64,000 bases of DNA from Alphaproteobacteria bacterium (GTDB lineage: Bacteria > Pseudomonadota > Alphaproteobacteria > GCA-2731375). Under the pieces are notes generated by a model. The model made no database searches and had not been told where the DNA came from. It was given only the letters and a program-made list of their open reading frames with translations. Within the stretch, counting starts at the first letter, position 1. The number at the start of each line of letters is the position of its first letter. Positions 60,400 to 64,000 of this stretch are shown here, piece by piece. The stretch is from positions 2,976,001 to 3,040,000 of the forward strand of contig CBDDPY010000002.1 of the NCBI GenBank assembly GCA_965232515.1, given 5' to 3'. The translations under genes and the position numbers were made by a program.

Positions 60400-60704
60400 G
60401 ACAGGAATCCCCCAACCCATTCACCACGTCCGTCGCAAGGCCGCTTTCAGCAGCCCTCGAAACGGGTTTAGGATGATTGTTGCATTTTACATAATGGGGA
60501 AACGAGAACTGTCACACACATAGAGAAGTTTCGACCGCATCACTTGGAACTGTCACAATGCGGCAAAGAACCGCTTCTAGGGTGCGGATTCCTGACGGGC
60601 ACGCGGACAACGGCGACACGGCCGGGGTCCGGGAACGTGTGCCTTTTCATCCAATTCTGTCACGAATTCTGACAGCATCTGTTCATCACGCAGGGAGGAA
60701 TGGA

Positions 60705-61874
60705 ATGTCCAAAGACTCAAACGCGACGCAGCGCGCCGCGGCCCGCTTCTCGCGGCGAACCGTGGTCAAGGGCGCCGCCGCCGGCGTCGCCGCCGCGGCC
60801 GCGCCGGCCTATGTCAAATCGGCGTTTTCCAGCTCCGGCGAGGTCAACATCTATGCCTGGGACGAATACGTCTCCGAGGACATGGTCAAGACCTTCGAGG
60901 GCAAGACCGGCATCAAGGTCAATCTGACCACCTACGGCACCAACAACGAGGTGCTGAACAAGCTGCGCGCCGCCAAGGGCGAGGGCTTCGACGTTGTCTT
61001 CCCGTCGGTGTCGGCGCTGCAGCAATGGTACGACGCCAGCGACGAGGACGGCACGGACCTGCTGCAGCCGGTCGACGAGTCCCGCGTCAAGGCCGACCAG
61101 GTCCAGCCGGCGATCTGGGAGAAATCCCTCGACCTCGGCGCCTCGCGCCGCGGCAAGCGCTACGCCATGCCGTTCAACTGGGGCACCGAGGGCCTCGCCT
61201 TCGATTCCTCCGTGGTCGATCTCGACTACAAGACCGCGTCCTGGAACGATCAATGGAACGCCGACTATGCCGGCCGCATGACCGTGCGTCCCCGCTCCGG
61301 CCTCACCACCATCGCGCTGATGCTCGACGGCACCGGCAAGATGCTCGACGAGGCCTATCTCGACGAGGCCAAGGCGAAGCAGGTCTTCGACAAGGCGCTG
61401 GAAGTCGCGCTGGCGAACAAGAAGAACGTCAAGGTGTTCTGGAAGACCGCCGCCCAGCTCACCGGCGCCTTCACCACCGAAGGCTGCGTCATCGGCCAGT
61501 CCTGGGACGGCACCGCCATCAGCATGTGGAAGGAGACCGACGGCAGGATCAAATACGTGGCGCCGCAGGAAGGCGCGCTGACCTGGCTCGATACCTGCTG
61601 CCTGCCGTCGGGCGCCAAGAACATCGATCAGGCCTACACCTTCATCAACTGGGTTACCTCGGCCGAGGGCGGCGGCATGCACGCGGCGCATTCCGGCTAC
61701 AACTCGGCCGCCATCGGCGCCGAGGCCTATCTCGACGCGGCGGCGCAGGAACGCTTCAAGTTCATCTTCGGCCCCAATGGCGAGTCGATCGCCAATCTGT
61801 GGTGGTGGAAGCCGGAAGCCGGCTGGTTCGGCAAGCTGCGCGGCGAATACATCACCCGCTGGGAAACCGCATAG
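60705..61874 (+). CDS. Spermidine/putrescine-type ABC substrate-binding protein (Tat signal)
   Basis: SRRTVVKG, YAWDEY, FE.KTGIKV, PFNWGT, PQEGALTWLD. Confidence 0.88.
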   Translation: MSKDSNATQRAAARFSRRTVVKGAAAGVAAAAAPAYVKSAFSSSGEVNIYAWDEYVSEDMVKTFEGKTGIKVNLTTYGTNNEVLNKLRAAKGEGFDVVFPSVSALQQWYDASDEDGTDLLQPVDESRVKADQVQPAIWEKSLDLGASRRGKRYAMPFNWGTEGLAFDSSVVDLDYKTASWNDQWNADYAGRMTVRPRSGLTTIALMLDGTGKMLDEAYLDEAKAKQVFDKALEVALANKKNVKVFWKTAAQLTGAFTTEGCVIGQSWDGTAISMWKETDGRIKYVAPQEGALTWLDTCCLPSGAKNIDQAYTFINWVTSAEGGGMHAAHSGYNSAAIGAEAYLDAAAQERFKFIFGPNGESIANLWWWKPEAGWFGKLRGEYITRWETA

Positions 61875-61900
61875 TCGGCTCTTCCATCGGTGTCGCGGTC

Positions 61901-61930
61901 CCCTCGAGGCGCCCATCGGCGCCTCGGGGG
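61901..61930 (+). terminator. Intergenic stem-loop after the binding-protein gene (terminator or mRNA stabiliser)
   Basis: CCCTCGAGGCGCC-CATC-GGCGCCTCGGGGG; no U-tract. Confidence 0.5.
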
Positions 61931-61971
61931 CGCCTGCCGTGGCACGCTATTGCGTCAGGGGGCGCATCACC

Positions 61972-63057
61972 ATGATGGACATCCAGCTTGAGCGCGTCAG
62001 CATGCGCTTCGGCGATTTCACGGCGGTGCAGGACGCCAACCTCGAGATCAAGGCCGGCGAGTTCTTCTCCTTCCTCGGCCCGTCGGGTTGCGGCAAGACG
62101 ACGATCCTGCGCCTCGTCTCCGGCTTCATCGAGCCGACCGAGGGCGTGGTCAAGATCGGCGGCGAGGACATGCGCGGCATCGGCCCCAACAAGCGGCCGA
62201 CGGCGCTGATCTTCCAGAACCTCGCCCTCTTCCCCCTGATGACGGTGTGGGAGAACATCGCCTACGGCCTGCGCGTGCGCGGCGCCTCGAAAACCGACCA
62301 GCGCCGCCGCGCCGACGAGCTGCTGGACCTGATCGCCTTGCCAGGCCAGGGCGACAAGATGGTCGACGAGCTGTCGGGCGGCCAGAAGCAGCGCGTCGCG
62401 ATCGCCCGGGCGCTCGCCGTCGAGCCCTCGGTGCTGTTGCTCGACGAACCGCTGTCGGCGCTCGACCTGAAGCTGCGCCAGCATATGCGGGCCGAGCTTC
62501 GCGCGATCCAGAAGCGCACCGGCGTCACCTTCATCTACATCACCCACGACCAGGGCGAGGCGCTGACCATGTCCGACCGGGTCGGCGTGATGTCGGACGG
62601 CGTGCTGGAACAGGTCGACGCGCCCAGCGCCGTCTATAACGATCCCGACACCGCCTTCGTCGCCACCTTCGTCGGCGAGAACAACCCCTTCCCTGGCCGC
62701 GTGGTCGAGACGGACGTTGACTACGCCATCGTCGATACCGATTTCGGGCGCCTGCGGGCGCGCAACAAGCGCCGGCTGATCCTCGGCGACGACGCCATCG
62801 TCTTCGCCCGGCCGGAACGCTGCCGCCTCGTCAACGGCGGGCCGCCGGACAATGTCGTCACCTCGACGGTCGACCGGCTCGACCTCGAGGGCTCGTATCT
62901 CAACCTGTTCGTCAAGGGCAGCGGCCGCCGCGACATCGTCGTGCATCTGACCAACAACCAGGACACGACGCATCTTCAGCCCGGGAACCAGGTCGATATC
63001 GGCTTTGACGCCGACGAAGCCGTGGCCCTGCCCCGGGGCGAGATGGCGAAGGAATAG
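61972..63057 (+). CDS. PotA-type ABC ATP-binding protein
   Basis: GPSGCGKTT, FQNLALFP, LSGGQKQRVA, LLDEPLSALD, THDQ. Confidence 0.93.
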   Translation: MMDIQLERVSMRFGDFTAVQDANLEIKAGEFFSFLGPSGCGKTTILRLVSGFIEPTEGVVKIGGEDMRGIGPNKRPTALIFQNLALFPLMTVWENIAYGLRVRGASKTDQRRRADELLDLIALPGQGDKMVDELSGGQKQRVAIARALAVEPSVLLLDEPLSALDLKLRQHMRAELRAIQKRTGVTFIYITHDQGEALTMSDRVGVMSDGVLEQVDAPSAVYNDPDTAFVATFVGENNPFPGRVVETDVDYAIVDTDFGRLRARNKRRLILGDDAIVFARPERCRLVNGGPPDNVVTSTVDRLDLEGSYLNLFVKGSGRRDIVVHLTNNQDTTHLQPGNQVDIGFDADEAVALPRGEMAKE

Positions 63058-63061
63058 CGTC

Positions 63062-64000
63062 ATGACGGCGCTGGCCGATTTCAGCAAGCGCTACGGCGCC
63101 ATCATGACCGCCTATGTGCTGCTGGGTTGCGGCATCTGGCTGATCGGTCTGATCGTGCTGCCGCAGCTCCTGATGATCGAGAAATCGGTGCTCTACACCG
63201 ACCGCGCGGCCACGGCCCTGGTGTCGCAGACCCGGGCGGCGACGGACCGGCTGTTCGTCGAGCAGGGCCGGCTCGAACGCCGGCTGGCGCAGATCGACAA
63301 GGCGCTGGCGGGCGAGGGCGCGCAGAACGGTTCCGGCGGCGCGGCGTCCGGCGCGTTCAGTCCCTTCGGCGCGCGGAACCAGGCCGCAAAGTCGCCCGAC
63401 GAGCTGCGCGCGGAAAAGACAGAGGCAGAGGCCCGGCTTGGCGCGATCACGGCGGAGATCGCGGCCAACGACAAGCTCGTCGCCGAGACGGCGCAGGCCG
63501 CCGAGCCGCGCTACGGCGTCGCCAACTACACCGAGCTGTTCACCAACGACGCCAACCGGCCGATCTTCTGGAAGACCATCTGGGCCTCCATCATGGTGAC
63601 GCTGGTGGCGCTGGTCGTTTGTTACCCCGTCGCCTTCTATCTCGCCAAATCGGCGCCGAAGGAGACGACGGCGCTCTTGATGCTGGCGCTGGTCGTGCCC
63701 TATTGGGTGAACGAGATCCTGCGCACCTTCGCCTGGCTGATGCTGCTGTCCAGCGACGGCATCGTGAATCAGGCCCTGCAGGCGACCGGCCTGGCGTCGG
63801 GGCCGATCGACTGGCGCGACGGCAACGCGGCCGTCCTGATCGGCATGACCTACGCCTACATCCTGTTCATGGTGTTCCCGATCTACAACACCATCGACAC
63901 GCTGGACACGAACCAGGTCGAGGCGGCCCGCGACCTCGGCGCGCCGTGGTGGCTGATCCACTGGACCATCGTCATCCCGCACGCCAAGCCCGGTATCGCC
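63062..64000 (+). CDS. PotB-type ABC permease (3' truncated, not in ORF track)
   Basis: Manual translation from ATG 63062: YPVAFYLA, VPYWVNEILRTFAW, EAARDLGA; open to window end. Confidence 0.88.
   Translation, partial: MTALADFSKRYGAIMTAYVLLGCGIWLIGLIVLPQLLMIEKSVLYTDRAATALVSQTRAATDRLFVEQGRLERRLAQIDKALAGEGAQNGSGGAASGAFSPFGARNQAAKSPDELRAEKTEAEARLGAITAEIAANDKLVAETAQAAEPRYGVANYTELFTNDANRPIFWKTIWASIMVTLVALVVCYPVAFYLAKSAPKETTALLMLALVVPYWVNEILRTFAWLMLLSSDGIVNQALQATGLASGPIDWRDGNAAVLIGMTYAYILFMVFPIYNTIDTLDTNQVEAARDLGAPWWLIHWTIVIPHAKPGIA

Noticed and set aside
61940-61954. Sigma54 promoter-like TGGCACGCTATTGC
   Set aside because: The GG-to-GC spacing is 9 nt, not the required 10.

Overview
A GC-rich alphaproteobacterial chromosomal segment (ccrM, CtrA boxes, an alpha-type LexA box and alpha-type REP elements; Rhodospirillales-like is a guess). 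(1) 1-19.3 kb is a Wzy-dependent surface-polysaccharide locus. It has two GT4 transferases, three SAM methyltransferases, an AsnB-type amidotransferase, Wzy and Wzz, joined to a group-4-capsule (gfc/yjb/wbf-like) export module. That module is unusual: the YjbH/GfcD barrel protein has its middle domain repeated four times, and there are three tandem YjbE/GfcA-like small secreted proteins. (2) 19.3-31.4 kb is core genes: ispE, a TPR protein, ETF-QO, UDG, SLT, moaB, the TIGR04282/04283 transferase pair and a PA0069 radical SAM gene with a LexA box. (3) 31.4-37.9 kb is an apparent accessory insert with LysR, Sel1, GNAT and a membrane-fused NadD-like nucleotidyltransferase behind an AT-rich promoter. 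(4) 37.9-49.1 kb carries rnhB, ccrM, mutY, dciA-like, dsbA-like, smc and the Fo ATP synthase operon. (5) 49.2-64 kb holds signalling and metabolic genes, including an AT-rich membrane-anchored PRTase, a DEP-domain/flavoprotein disulfide reductase fusion and a polyamine-type ABC transporter cut by the window end. No rRNA, tRNA, CRISPR array or transposase was recognised. All calls come from reading motifs by eye; no searches were run.
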